Shown: in pieces, positions 9,642-19,674 of the stretch | How positions within the stretch are numbered: the stretch's first letter is position 1 | Layout: each line of letters opens with the position of its first letter | Assembly: GCA_945486035.1 (NCBI GenBank) | Contig: CALYTB010000001.1 | Span: 1,846 to 65,845, forward strand | Direction of reading: 5' to 3' | DNA: 64,000 nucleotides | DNA from: an uncultured Clostridia bacterium | GTDB lineage: Bacteria; Bacillota; Clostridia; Oscillospirales; Oscillospiraceae | Position numbers and translations under genes: made by a program | Notes under the pieces: generated by a model | The model's database searches: none | What the model was told of the DNA's origin: nothing | The model's input: the letters and a program-made list of their open reading frames with translations, nothing else

Positions 9642-10573
9642 GTGAATTTCATCATGTTTCCGTGCTGCTGGAGGAGTGCATCCGGGGGCTGAATATCAGG
9701 CCGGATGGAATCTATGTGGACGGCACCCTGGGTGGCGCCGGGCACTCCAGCCGGATTGCCCAGCTGTTAACCACCGGAATGCTGATCGGAATTGACCGGG
9801 ACAGCGTGGCGCTGGAGGCGGCGGGAGAAAGGCTGAAACCTTTTGGAAACCGTGTGAAGCTGGTGCACTCCAATTTCTGCCAGTTGGACCGGGTTCTGGA
9901 TGAACTGGGGATCCCCTGTGTGGACGGAATTCTGCTGGATCTGGGCGTATCCTCGCCCCAGCTGGATGATGCGGAGCGGGGATTTTCCTATATGGCGGAC
10001 GCACCGCTGGATATGCGGATGGATCACGGGGAAAGCCTCAGCGCCTACACGGTGGTGAATACCTGGTCCTATGAAGAATTGAAAAAAATCCTCTATGAAT
10101 ACGGCGAGGAGCGATTCGCCCCCCAGATCGCGGGCAATATCTGCCGCAGGCGGGAACAGAAGCCTATCCGGACAACCCTGGAGCTGGTGGATGTGATTCG
10201 GACGGCTATGCCGCCTGCCGCCCTGCGGGAAAAGCAGCATCCTGCCAAACGCAGCTTCCAGGCCATCCGCATCGCCGTCAATGACGAGCTGAATGCGGTG
10301 GCCAAGGTGATGGAAAAAGCGATTCCCAGGCTGGCTCCTGGGGGAAGACTGGCGGTCATCACCTTCCATTCCCTGGAGGATCGGATCGTGAAAAACGCCA
10401 TGGCGGAGGCAGCGAAGGGCTGCACCTGTCCGCCCAGCTTCCCGGTTTGTGTCTGCGGGCGAAAGCCCCAGGTCAGGCCGGTTACCCGCAAACCCATTAC
10501 TTCGGGAAATGAAGAGCTGGAGTTTAATCCAAGGGCCCGCAGTGCCAAGCTGCGCATCTGCGAAAAAATCTGA
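9638..10573 (+). CDS. rsmH: 16S rRNA m4C1402 methyltransferase
   Basis: YVDGTLGGAGHS, DLGVSSPQLD, ITFHSLEDRIVK, NPRARSAKLR. Confidence 0.97.
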   Translation: MSEFHHVSVLLEECIRGLNIRPDGIYVDGTLGGAGHSSRIAQLLTTGMLIGIDRDSVALEAAGERLKPFGNRVKLVHSNFCQLDRVLDELGIPCVDGILLDLGVSSPQLDDAERGFSYMADAPLDMRMDHGESLSAYTVVNTWSYEELKKILYEYGEERFAPQIAGNICRRREQKPIRTTLELVDVIRTAMPPAALREKQHPAKRSFQAIRIAVNDELNAVAKVMEKAIPRLAPGGRLAVITFHSLEDRIVKNAMAEAAKGCTCPPSFPVCVCGRKPQVRPVTRKPITSGNEELEFNPRARSAKLRICEKI

Positions 10574-10582
10574 GATCGGGAA

Positions 10583-11065
10583 GTGTTCACCGTGGTACAG
10601 AAGCCGGAAATTCAGTATGTCGGTCAGTTTTATGTATATGGTAGCGAGGCGAAGCAGGCTGCGCCCAAGCAGGCCCCCCGCAAGCAGAAATTTGTCCTCC
10701 CGCTGGTTCGGCCCCGGCAGGAGCGCCGGATTTATGTGGACCCCGTGGCCCTGTGCGGCATCGTCGTTGCCGTGATGATGCTGGCGGCGCTGGCAATCGG
10801 CGCGCTGCAGATTCGCGATAGCTGGCATGAATATGATGCCATGGGGCGGTACCTGGCAACGCTGAAGGCCGAAAACGTCGCGCTGGAGAAAAATTACCGG
10901 GACGGCTTCGATCTGGAGGAAATTCGCGCCACTGCTCTGACACTGGGAATGGTCCCGGTGGAAGAGGTGAAGGTGATTCCGGTCCGGGTTTCGATTCCTG
11001 AGCCCGCCAAGTCGGATACCCTGTGGGAACAGATCAGCTGGTTTGTCAAGGGCCTCTTTGCATAA
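10583..11065 (+). CDS. ftsL: FtsL-like bitopic cell division protein
   Basis: Single TM plus coiled coil ending DLEEIRATALTLGMV; position after rsmH. Confidence 0.6.
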   Translation: MFTVVQKPEIQYVGQFYVYGSEAKQAAPKQAPRKQKFVLPLVRPRQERRIYVDPVALCGIVVAVMMLAALAIGALQIRDSWHEYDAMGRYLATLKAENVALEKNYRDGFDLEEIRATALTLGMVPVEEVKVIPVRVSIPEPAKSDTLWEQISWFVKGLFA

Positions 11066-11087
11066 CCGGCGTGTTTCCCCATACAGT
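11060..11087 (+). promoter_or_regulatory. Putative sigmaE promoter of spoVD
   Basis: GCATAAC-13 bp-CATACAGT. Confidence 0.65.
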
Positions 11088-11161
11088 ATGGATAGCAGCT
11101 GCAATGGGCGGCGAGGGATTCCCTTGCTGCCCATTCATGCCCTATCGGAGGGGGAACGTGT

Positions 11162-13495
11162 ATGGGGAAAACACCGTCCGGGACGTATTCCCGGGTTCGG
11201 CTGGACAGCGGCCATCACAGAAGAATTCTCGCGGTTATGGTATTGCTGGGGATTGCGGCATTTGTGCCCCCGGCGGTTCGGCTGTATCAGCTGATGGTTG
11301 CGGATTTCGGATACTATTCGGAGCTTGCGCTGCGCAACCAGACCCGAACAACCTATGTGAACGCGGACCGGGGGACCATATACGACTGCAACATGAATGT
11401 GCTGGCAGTGTCTCAGAGCGTGGAGAACGTGTATCTGGATCCCCATGAGCTGAAGCAGTCCAAGGCGGACGTGGAGGCTATTTCCTTATTTCTGGGGGAG
11501 CTTCTTGACAAGGATCCCCAGTGGATCAGCCAGCAGGCGGTGAATTATCGTCAGCGCTACCGGCAGGTGGGTGCCGGTGTTGACCGGGATACCGGGTCGG
11601 CAATCCGGGAGTACATCCGCCAAAACAACATCTCCGGCATCCATCTGGAGCCTGCTGCCAAGCGGGTGTATCCCATGGGCACCCTGTCGGCCCAGGTCAT
11701 CGGCTTTACCAATGCCGGAGGAGACGGTGTGGAGGGGGTGGAGGCCGCCTACAACAGCTTCCTCTCCGGAGGCTCGGGGAGGGTGATTACCACCAAGGGC
11801 AACAATGAAATGGATATGCCCTTTTCTTACGAGAATTATGTTGCCTCCCGGGGCGGAAACAGTGTGATTCTGACTCTGGATGCCACGGTACAAAGCTGCC
11901 TGGAAAAGCAGATGGAGGCGGCCATTGCCCGCTATGATGTGCAAAACGGGGCCTTTGGTCTGGTGATGAACTGCAAAACCGGGGAGATTCTGGCCATGGC
12001 CACGCTGGGAAGCTATGATCCCAATACCTATCTGGAGCTGAACGACCCGGAGGAAAGCCTGCGGATTGAAAGGCTGCGGATGGAATACCTGATGCAGCCG
12101 GAGGGCTCCGAGAGCTACACCCAGGGCAAGGAGCGCTATCGGCAGGAGCTTTCGGCGGCAAGACTGAAGCAGTGGCGCAACCGTGTGATTTCCGACGGAT
12201 ATGAGCCGGGTTCCACCTTCAAGGTGCTGACCATGGCGGCAGCCCTGGACTGCGGGGCCATTGATCTGAATACCTCCTTCCACTGCTCCGGTTCGGAACG
12301 GATTCCGGGGCGGGCCCAGCTGCTGCACTGCTGGCGTTCGGCGGGCCACGGGGCGGAGAAAACACCCCAGGCTTTGCAGAACTCCTGCAACATTGCTTTC
12401 GCCCACATCGCTCTGAAGCTGGGGGGCGAGCGGTTTTACGAATATATTCAGAAATTCGGTATTCTGGAAAAAACAGGAATCGATCTGGCGGGGGAGAGCA
12501 AGGGCGTTTTCTTTGACAAGCAGCTGGTGACCAATACGGACAAATGGGGAACCGCTTCTCTGACCTCCGGCTCCTTCGGCCAGACCTTTAAAATCACGCC
12601 GCTGCAGCTGGTGCGGGCGATTTCCTCGGTGGTGAACGGAGGAAACCTTCTTGAGCCATATATTGTATCCGAAATACTGGATCCCCAGGGAAATACCATC
12701 CTCAAGCAGGAGCCTGTGGTGGTGCGCCAGACCATTTCCGGGGAAACCTCCCAAACCATGCGGGAGCTGATCCGGTCCGTGGTGACGGAGGGAACCGCGA
12801 AAAACGCCAATGTAGCCGGGTTTTCCATAGGAGGAAAGACCGGAACCAGCGAAAAAATTGATGTTTTTGACGAGAATGGCCAGCGGGTCCAGGATAAAAT
12901 CGTATCATTTGTGGGGATTGCGCCTATGGAGGATCCGGAGTATATTGTATTGGTAGCGCTGGACACCCCCTCCCGGCAGACGGGAATCTATATTTCCGGC
13001 GGTGTTATGGCGGCACCCACAGTGGGAGCGGTGATGGCGGATATTCTGCCATATCTGGGAGTGGAGCGCAGTTTTGCCCAGGAGGAGCTTGCCGGTCAGG
13101 AAATTGTGGTGGAGGGGCTGGCGGGGCTGACCGGGGCGGATGCCCAGAAGCTGCTGAAAAAGGCGGGGCTCACTGCGCGGCTGATCGGCAGCGGTGAAAC
13201 GGTAACCGGACAGATTCCCGCGGCGGGACAGACCGTTCCCGGAGGAAGCCAGGTGCTCCTGTACCTGGGAGAGCGCCCGCCGGAGCTTACGGTGGAGGTG
13301 CCGGACTTTTCCGGAATGAACCGGCAGCAGGCCGGGGATGCCGCGGGAGCTCTGGGGCTGTACATCCTGGTGACGGGAAACGACGATGTGGACACGAATG
13401 TTGTGGTGACTGCCCAGAATACGGCCCCCGGCACCACCGTCAGCGTGGGAACCACCATTACACTGGAATTTACGGATACCACTGCCCGGGACTAG
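11162..13495 (+). CDS. spoVD: Class B PBP, SpoVD/FtsI type, with two PASTA domains
   Basis: RGTIYD, YEPGSTFK (SxxK), SCN, KTGT; sigmaE-like promoter. Confidence 0.85.
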   Translation: MGKTPSGTYSRVRLDSGHHRRILAVMVLLGIAAFVPPAVRLYQLMVADFGYYSELALRNQTRTTYVNADRGTIYDCNMNVLAVSQSVENVYLDPHELKQSKADVEAISLFLGELLDKDPQWISQQAVNYRQRYRQVGAGVDRDTGSAIREYIRQNNISGIHLEPAAKRVYPMGTLSAQVIGFTNAGGDGVEGVEAAYNSFLSGGSGRVITTKGNNEMDMPFSYENYVASRGGNSVILTLDATVQSCLEKQMEAAIARYDVQNGAFGLVMNCKTGEILAMATLGSYDPNTYLELNDPEESLRIERLRMEYLMQPEGSESYTQGKERYRQELSAARLKQWRNRVISDGYEPGSTFKVLTMAAALDCGAIDLNTSFHCSGSERIPGRAQLLHCWRSAGHGAEKTPQALQNSCNIAFAHIALKLGGERFYEYIQKFGILEKTGIDLAGESKGVFFDKQLVTNTDKWGTASLTSGSFGQTFKITPLQLVRAISSVVNGGNLLEPYIVSEILDPQGNTILKQEPVVVRQTISGETSQTMRELIRSVVTEGTAKNANVAGFSIGGKTGTSEKIDVFDENGQRVQDKIVSFVGIAPMEDPEYIVLVALDTPSRQTGIYISGGVMAAPTVGAVMADILPYLGVERSFAQEELAGQEIVVEGLAGLTGADAQKLLKKAGLTARLIGSGETVTGQIPAAGQTVPGGSQVLLYLGERPPELTVEVPDFSGMNRQQAGDAAGALGLYILVTGNDDVDTNVVVTAQNTAPGTTVSVGTTITLEFTDTTARD

Positions 13496-13531
13496 AAAGT
13501 CGGGTTTTCCGGGAGTGGAGGAGGGTACGAT

Positions 13532-14983
13532 ATGAAATTACGAGAGCTGTTGAAGGATATCCCTGTGCTGGAAACCACAGCGGACCCGGAGCTGGAAATC
13601 ACCGGCGTTGTCTATGATTCCCGAAAGGCGGCGCCCGGGGTGCTGTTTGTGGCGGTTTCCGGGTTTGCCTCCGATGGGAATCGGTTCATCCCCATGGCGA
13701 TGGAGAAGGGAGCCGCTGCTGTGGTCACCGCCAAGCGGCCCGAGGGGGAGGTGCCCTATGTGCTGGTTTCGTCGGACCGGCTTGCGCTGGCGCTGATCGC
13801 GGCGAATTACTACGACCATCCGGCCCGGAAGATGACCATCATCGGCGTTACGGGGACCAACGGAAAAACCTCCGTGACCCTCCTGGTGAAGCATGTTCTG
13901 GAAGTCTGCCTGGGAGCCAAGGTGGGCCTGATCGGCACCATGGAGAATCTGATCGGAACGGAATCCATCCCCACGGAACGGACTACCCCCGAGAGCTTTG
14001 AGCTGCAGGGCCTGTTTGCCCGGATGTATGAGGCAGGCTGCAGCCATGTGGTGATGGAGGTTTCCAGCCACGCCCTGGCCCTGGAGCGGGTGGGGGGAAT
14101 ACGGTTTCAGGTGGCGGCCTTCACCAACCTAACGGAGGATCATCTGGATTTTCACAAGACCATGGAGGCCTACTGCGATGCCAAGGCGGAGCTGTTCCGC
14201 CGCTGTGACCGGGCGGTGGTCAATCTGGACGACAGCTATGGGCCGAGAATGCTCTCGGGCTGTTGCTGTCCGGTGGTGACTACCTCTGTCCGGGAGCAGG
14301 CGGATATTCAGGCCAGGAATGTGGAGCTCCATTCCCAGGGAATCCGCTTTACCGCGGCGCGGGAGGGGGAGACGGTCGCCGTGGAGCTGCCGATTCCCGG
14401 GAGGTTCACGGTTCACAACGCGCTGACGGTGCTGGGAATCGCTTTAAGTCTGGGGATTCCCATGGAGGCTTGCGCCCGGGCGCTGTCCGGCGCCAAGGGT
14501 GTCAAGGGACGCATCGAAGTGGTGCCCACCCCGAATGAACCCTACACGGTGCTTATCGACTACGCCCACACCCCGGACGGTCTGGAGAATATTCTGCGCT
14601 CCGTGCGGGACTTCTGCCGGGGACGGGTCATCGCGGTGTTTGGCTGCGGCGGAGACCGGGATCCCATGAAGCGGCCCATTATGGGGCACATCGGCGTGGG
14701 ACTTTCGGATTTCGCGGTGATTACCTCGGACAATCCCAGAACGGAGGAGCCTATGGCCATCATCCGGGACATCCTGAAAGGGGTAAATCAGGAAGATGGG
14801 GAATATATTGTTATCGAAGACCGGCGCAAAGCTATCAGATATGCTATGGACATTGGGAAAAAAGATGATATAATTATCCTGGCGGGGAAGGGCCATGAAA
14901 CCTATCAGGACATCGGCGGCCGGAAATACCATCTGGACGAGCGGGAAGAGGTTACGGCCCACCTGTCAGAAATGAGGAAATAA
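13532..14983 (+). CDS. murE: UDP-MurNAc-tripeptide synthetase (meso-DAP type)
   Basis: GVTGTNGKTS, MEVSSHAL, DYAHTPDG, DNPR. Confidence 0.96.
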   Translation: MKLRELLKDIPVLETTADPELEITGVVYDSRKAAPGVLFVAVSGFASDGNRFIPMAMEKGAAAVVTAKRPEGEVPYVLVSSDRLALALIAANYYDHPARKMTIIGVTGTNGKTSVTLLVKHVLEVCLGAKVGLIGTMENLIGTESIPTERTTPESFELQGLFARMYEAGCSHVVMEVSSHALALERVGGIRFQVAAFTNLTEDHLDFHKTMEAYCDAKAELFRRCDRAVVNLDDSYGPRMLSGCCCPVVTTSVREQADIQARNVELHSQGIRFTAAREGETVAVELPIPGRFTVHNALTVLGIALSLGIPMEACARALSGAKGVKGRIEVVPTPNEPYTVLIDYAHTPDGLENILRSVRDFCRGRVIAVFGCGGDRDPMKRPIMGHIGVGLSDFAVITSDNPRTEEPMAIIRDILKGVNQEDGEYIVIEDRRKAIRYAMDIGKKDDIIILAGKGHETYQDIGGRKYHLDEREEVTAHLSEMRK

Positions 14984-14984
14984 A

Positions 14985-16358
14985 ATGGGCACAATTACAT
15001 TGAAGCAGGCTGCCGCCTGGTGCGGCGGCTTTGTGGAAGAGAAATATGCCGACGTAACCTTCCTTGGCGCCTGCAACGATACCCGGAGTCTGGAGCCCGG
15101 GCAGCTGTTTGTGGCGCTGCAGGGAGCCAGGGACGGACACGACTTTATCCCCACGGCAATGGAAAAGGGAGCGGCGGCCGCGCTGTGCAGCAGAAGCGTT
15201 GGGGATTATCCCGCGATTGTGGTGGAGGATCCCCGGATCGCTCTGGGAGAAATCGCCCGGGAGGAGCTACGCCGGATTGGTATGAAGGTGGTGGGTGTCA
15301 CCGGCTCGGTGGGCAAGAGCACCACCAAAGAAATGATCGCCCGGGTTCTGGAAAGTACATACATCACCCGCAGGACCCCTGCCAATCACAACAACGATAT
15401 CGGGATGCCCATGGCAATCCTGGCTATGGGAGAGGATACCCAGGTGGCGGTGCTGGAAATGGGAATGAATCATTTCCGGGAAATTGCCTACCTGTCCCGG
15501 ATCGCCATGCCGGATATGGCGGTGATCATCAACATCGGTACCAGCCACATGGAGTATCTGGGCTCCCAGGAGGGAATCCGGAAGGCAAAAATGGAAATCC
15601 TGGAGGGTATGGAGCCCAAGGGAAAGCTTTTCCTGAACGGCGACGATGTGATGCTCAAGAATCTTCCCAAGGCACCGCTGCAGACCGTGACCTATTTCGG
15701 AACGGAAGCCGGGTGCGCCGTTCGGGGGACGGACATCCGCCTGGAGCCCGGGAAAACCCGCTTTACGCTGGAGTATGACGGGAAACGGCTGGATGTGGAG
15801 CTGGGGCTGGAAGGGCGGCATTATGTGCATGATGCCCTGGCTGCCGCCGCTGTGGGATTGTCCATGGGGGTTTCCGGCGAAAAAATCGCGGAGAGTCTCA
15901 GAACCTTCCGCAATCTTGCCGGACGGCAGGAAACCTTTGAGGCCAGAGGCTATACCATCATCCGTGACTGCTACAACGCGGGCCCGGAATCCATGGCCGC
16001 GGCATTGGCGGTGCTGGGCAGCAGGAAGGGAAGAAGAATCGCGGTTCTGGGAGATATGCTGGAGCTGGGTGTCTGCACCCAGGCGGAGCATTACCGAATC
16101 GGCAGAATCGCGGCGGAGAACGCGGATTTGCTGTTCGCCTTCGGACCCAATGCGGATCGGGTAGCCAGCGGAGCCCTCACCGGGGGAATGCCCCGGGAAA
16201 TCATTTTCAGCTATACCGACCGGGATGCGCTGGCTGCCGAGCTGAAGCGGATGGCAAAACCCGGGGATGTGCTGCTGTTCAAAGGAAGCCGGGGAATGCG
16301 GATGGAGCTGATTCTGGACGCGTTCCTGAGCGATGATACGGAGGAAACGCTGCAATGA
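14985..16358 (+). CDS. murF: UDP-MurNAc-tripeptide--D-Ala-D-Ala ligase
   Basis: GVTGSVGKSTTKE, NNDIG, DCYNAGPESM, LGDMLELG, KGSRGM. Confidence 0.96.
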   Translation: MGTITLKQAAAWCGGFVEEKYADVTFLGACNDTRSLEPGQLFVALQGARDGHDFIPTAMEKGAAAALCSRSVGDYPAIVVEDPRIALGEIAREELRRIGMKVVGVTGSVGKSTTKEMIARVLESTYITRRTPANHNNDIGMPMAILAMGEDTQVAVLEMGMNHFREIAYLSRIAMPDMAVIINIGTSHMEYLGSQEGIRKAKMEILEGMEPKGKLFLNGDDVMLKNLPKAPLQTVTYFGTEAGCAVRGTDIRLEPGKTRFTLEYDGKRLDVELGLEGRHYVHDALAAAAVGLSMGVSGEKIAESLRTFRNLAGRQETFEARGYTIIRDCYNAGPESMAAALAVLGSRKGRRIAVLGDMLELGVCTQAEHYRIGRIAAENADLLFAFGPNADRVASGALTGGMPREIIFSYTDRDALAAELKRMAKPGDVLLFKGSRGMRMELILDAFLSDDTEETLQ

Positions 16359-17332
16359 CAAGAATTCTGATTACGGCTGTGATCTGCTGCGCCCTGACCG
16401 GGCTGCTGGGCTATCTTCTGCTGCCGGTGCTCCACGCGCTGAAGGCCGGCGCTTCCATCCGTGAAATCGGTCCCACCTGGCACAACAACAAAACCGGCAC
16501 TCCTATTATGGGTGGGCTGATGTTCATCTTTTCCGCCTTGCTCTGCCTGTTGGGGAACCTGGGCTCCATGGAGGATTATACGGTTTTCTACGTGATGCTG
16601 CTGTCGCTGTGCTTCGGTCTGATCGGGTTTCTGGACGATTTTACAAAGATCCGCTTCAAACGGAATCTGGGCCTGACATCTGCCCAGAAGGCCATGCTTC
16701 AGATGGCGGTATCGGCCCTGTTTCTGTATGTGATGTACAAGACAGGCGGGATGTCCAGTGTACTGTACATTCCTTTTCTCGATGTATGCTTCCATGTGCA
16801 TCCGCTGGTGTATATCTTCTTTGCCATGTTCGTTATGGTGGGCTGCGTCAACGCGGTGAATCTGACAGACGGAGTGGACGGGCTCAGCAGTTCCGTGACC
16901 CTCCCGGTGATGGTATTCTTCACGGCGGCTTCCGTCAGCGCCGGACGGTATGATCTGGCGCTGCTGCCTGCCTGCCTGGTGGGGGGCCTGGCTGCGTATC
17001 TGTGCTATAACTGGCATCCGGCAAAGGTTTTCATGGGGGACACCGGCTCGCTGTTTTTGGGCGGTGTGGTTTGCTCCATGGCCTTTGCGCTGGATATGCC
17101 CCTGATTCTGATCCTGGTTGGCTTTGTCTATATCGTGGAAACGCTGTCCGTGATTCTGCAGGTGAGCTATTTCAAACTGACCCATGGGAAACGGCTGTTC
17201 AAAATGTCTCCCATCCACCACCATTTCGAGATGTGCGGATGGAAGGAGGAGCGGATTGTGCTGACCTTCGCGGCGGTGTCCGCCCTCATGTGTTTGATTG
17301 CCTGGTTCGGGATTTCCCAGCGGGTATTGTAA
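16355..17332 (+). CDS. mraY: Phospho-MurNAc-pentapeptide transferase
   Basis: KTGTPIMGG, NAVNLTDGVDGL, FMGDTGS, PIHHHFE. Confidence 0.97.
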   Translation: MTRILITAVICCALTGLLGYLLLPVLHALKAGASIREIGPTWHNNKTGTPIMGGLMFIFSALLCLLGNLGSMEDYTVFYVMLLSLCFGLIGFLDDFTKIRFKRNLGLTSAQKAMLQMAVSALFLYVMYKTGGMSSVLYIPFLDVCFHVHPLVYIFFAMFVMVGCVNAVNLTDGVDGLSSSVTLPVMVFFTAASVSAGRYDLALLPACLVGGLAAYLCYNWHPAKVFMGDTGSLFLGGVVCSMAFALDMPLILILVGFVYIVETLSVILQVSYFKLTHGKRLFKMSPIHHHFEMCGWKEERIVLTFAAVSALMCLIAWFGISQRVL

Positions 17333-17359
17333 TTTCCCCGGAAGGAGATTGGATTGGAC

Positions 17360-18529
17360 ATGCAGAGAAAAACTCTGTATGCCAAAGATAACCGCCCCGC
17401 CGCTTTATCCCGGCAGGGCGATCATGTGGATCTTCCTTTTTTGATGCTGGTGCTGATTCTGCTGGTGCTGGGGCTTGTGATGCTCTATTCCGCCAGCTAC
17501 GCCCAGAGTGAGTACGATACGGGCTATCAAAGCTCTGTCCGCTATTTCCAGAAACAGGCGGTCTGCGCCGGAATCGGGCTGGCCGCGTTCTGGTTTTTCA
17601 GCCGGATACCTGTTCAGCTCTGGTTTCGGCTGGCCTGGCCGCTGTACGCGCTGAGCATCCTTCTGCTGCTGAGCGTTCTGTTGGTGGGGGAAGAGGTGAA
17701 TGGGGCAAGGCGCTGGATCAATCTGGCGGGGCTTCAGTTTCAGCCCTCCGAAGTGGCCAAATTTACGCTGATTCTTCTGCTCGCCAGACTGACGAGAGGC
17801 TTCGGCTCCCAGGCGAAACAATTCCGGTTCGGCGTGCTGGGGTTCGGCGCGGCGCTGCTGGGAATTCTGGTCCCCCTTGCGCTGGAGAAGCACCTGAGCG
17901 CCATTATGCTGATGGGCATGGTGGCGGTGGTAATGATGTTTGTGGCGGGGACCAGAGCCCGCTGGCTTCTGGCCGGGGCAGGCGGGGCAGTTGTCTTTGT
18001 GGCGGTTTATGTCAGCCTGATGGGATATGCCGGGGACCGGATCAGTGCGTGGCTCCACCCGGAGCTGGACCCCGGGGACACAGGCTATCAGATCCTGCAG
18101 TCGCTGTATGCCATCGGCTCCGGGGGGCTGTTCGGTTTGGGCTTCGGAAAGTCCCGGCAGAAATATCTGTATTTGCCCTTTCAGTACAACGATTACATTT
18201 TCGCGGTGATTTGCGAGGAATTGGGGCTTGTGGGAGCCCTTTCCATCATCACCCTGTTCTGCGCCCTGATTCTTAGGGGTTATTGGATTGCCCTCAGGGC
18301 CAGGGACCGGTTTTCCACGGTGCTGGCAGCGGGGCTGATCACGCTGATTGCCGTTCAGACGATTCTGAATCTGTGCGTGGTAACCAATCTGCTCCCGTCC
18401 ACGGGAATATCCCTGCCGTTTTTCTCTTACGGCGGAACGGCGTTGGCGGTGAACCTGGGGGAGATGGGGATTGTGGCTCAGATTTCACGATTCCGCAACC
18501 ACAGAAAAATACAGGAGGTTTCTTTATGA
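17360..18529 (+). CDS. ftsW: SEDS peptidoglycan glycosyltransferase FtsW/SpoVE
   Basis: GARRWI, FQPSEVAK, GYQILQS, LPFFSYGGT. Confidence 0.9.
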   Translation: MQRKTLYAKDNRPAALSRQGDHVDLPFLMLVLILLVLGLVMLYSASYAQSEYDTGYQSSVRYFQKQAVCAGIGLAAFWFFSRIPVQLWFRLAWPLYALSILLLLSVLLVGEEVNGARRWINLAGLQFQPSEVAKFTLILLLARLTRGFGSQAKQFRFGVLGFGAALLGILVPLALEKHLSAIMLMGMVAVVMMFVAGTRARWLLAGAGGAVVFVAVYVSLMGYAGDRISAWLHPELDPGDTGYQILQSLYAIGSGGLFGLGFGKSRQKYLYLPFQYNDYIFAVICEELGLVGALSIITLFCALILRGYWIALRARDRFSTVLAAGLITLIAVQTILNLCVVTNLLPSTGISLPFFSYGGTALAVNLGEMGIVAQISRFRNHRKIQEVSL

Positions 18530-19650
18530 ATCTGATTTTCACCTGCGGCGGCACAGCCGGCCATATCAATCCTGCCATCGCGGTTGCCAATATGATGAAG
18601 GAGCGTTATCCCCAGTGCCGGATTCTGTTTATCGGAGCTACCGGGCATATGGAGGAGAAGCTGGTGCCCCAGGCTGGGTACGAGCTGAAATGTCTGCCGG
18701 GCTCCGGTCTCAGCCGGGGGAGGAACCTGGCGGCTTTGAAGCAGAATGCCCACGCGGTGAAATGTGTTGTCAGCGCGGTGGGGCAGTGCAAGCGGATTTT
18801 TCGGGATTTCCGGCCGGACGTGGTGATCGGCACCGGCGGATATGCCAGCTTCCCGGCTCTGCGGGCCGCCCAATCCATGGGGATTCCCACCTGCGTGCAC
18901 GAGAGCAATGCCCTGCCTGGCCTGACCACAAAGATGGCGGCGAACAAAGCCAGCCGCGTGCTGGTCGCCTTTCCTGAAAGTGTTTCCCACTACAGGCACC
19001 CGGAGCGGGTGGAGGTGGTGGGAATGCCGGTTCGTCGGGAGTTTATCTTCACCGACAAAGAAAAGGCAAGGAAGGAACTGGGGCTGGACAGCCGGCCGCT
19101 GGTGGTTTCCGCCTTTGGCAGTAACGGCGCCAAGGCGATGAACGAGGCTGTGGCGGGGCTTTTCCGGCTGGAGAAGGATGCGCTCTTCCCCTTCCGGCAT
19201 ATCCATGCCACCGGCCGCTTTGGCTGGGAATGGATGCCCGATCTGGTACGCAGCCAGGGCGTGGACCCCGATGTGGACACAAGCATTGATCTGCGGGAAT
19301 ACATCTACAATATGGCCACGGTGATGTCTGCGGCGGATGTGATCATCAGCCGGGCAGGCGCTTCCACCTGCAACGAAATCGGCGCCTGCGGGATTCCGAG
19401 CATTCTGATCCCGTCTCCCAATGTGACCAACAATCATCAGGAGAAAAACGCCAGAATGCTCTCGGATCGGGGGGCAGCCGTGCTGCTGCTGGAGAAGGAC
19501 TGCACACCCCAGCGGCTTTATGATGAGATTACGGCGCTGCTCAATGACCGGGATGCCCGGGAGCGGATGCGTGACAGCCTCCGGCAAATGGTCCGTCTGG
19601 ATGCCACGGAGCGGATCTGCGACATTGTGGAGGAGCTCTGCAAACGATAA
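18526..19650 (+). CDS. murG: Lipid II GlcNAc transferase
   Basis: CGGTAGHINPA, GTGGY, HESN, SRAGAST, HQEKNA; GGAGG RBS. Confidence 0.96.
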   Translation: MNLIFTCGGTAGHINPAIAVANMMKERYPQCRILFIGATGHMEEKLVPQAGYELKCLPGSGLSRGRNLAALKQNAHAVKCVVSAVGQCKRIFRDFRPDVVIGTGGYASFPALRAAQSMGIPTCVHESNALPGLTTKMAANKASRVLVAFPESVSHYRHPERVEVVGMPVRREFIFTDKEKARKELGLDSRPLVVSAFGSNGAKAMNEAVAGLFRLEKDALFPFRHIHATGRFGWEWMPDLVRSQGVDPDVDTSIDLREYIYNMATVMSAADVIISRAGASTCNEIGACGIPSILIPSPNVTNNHQEKNARMLSDRGAAVLLLEKDCTPQRLYDEITALLNDRDARERMRDSLRQMVRLDATERICDIVEELCKR

Positions 19651-19674
19651 TCCCCATACCCCAGGAGGAACAAT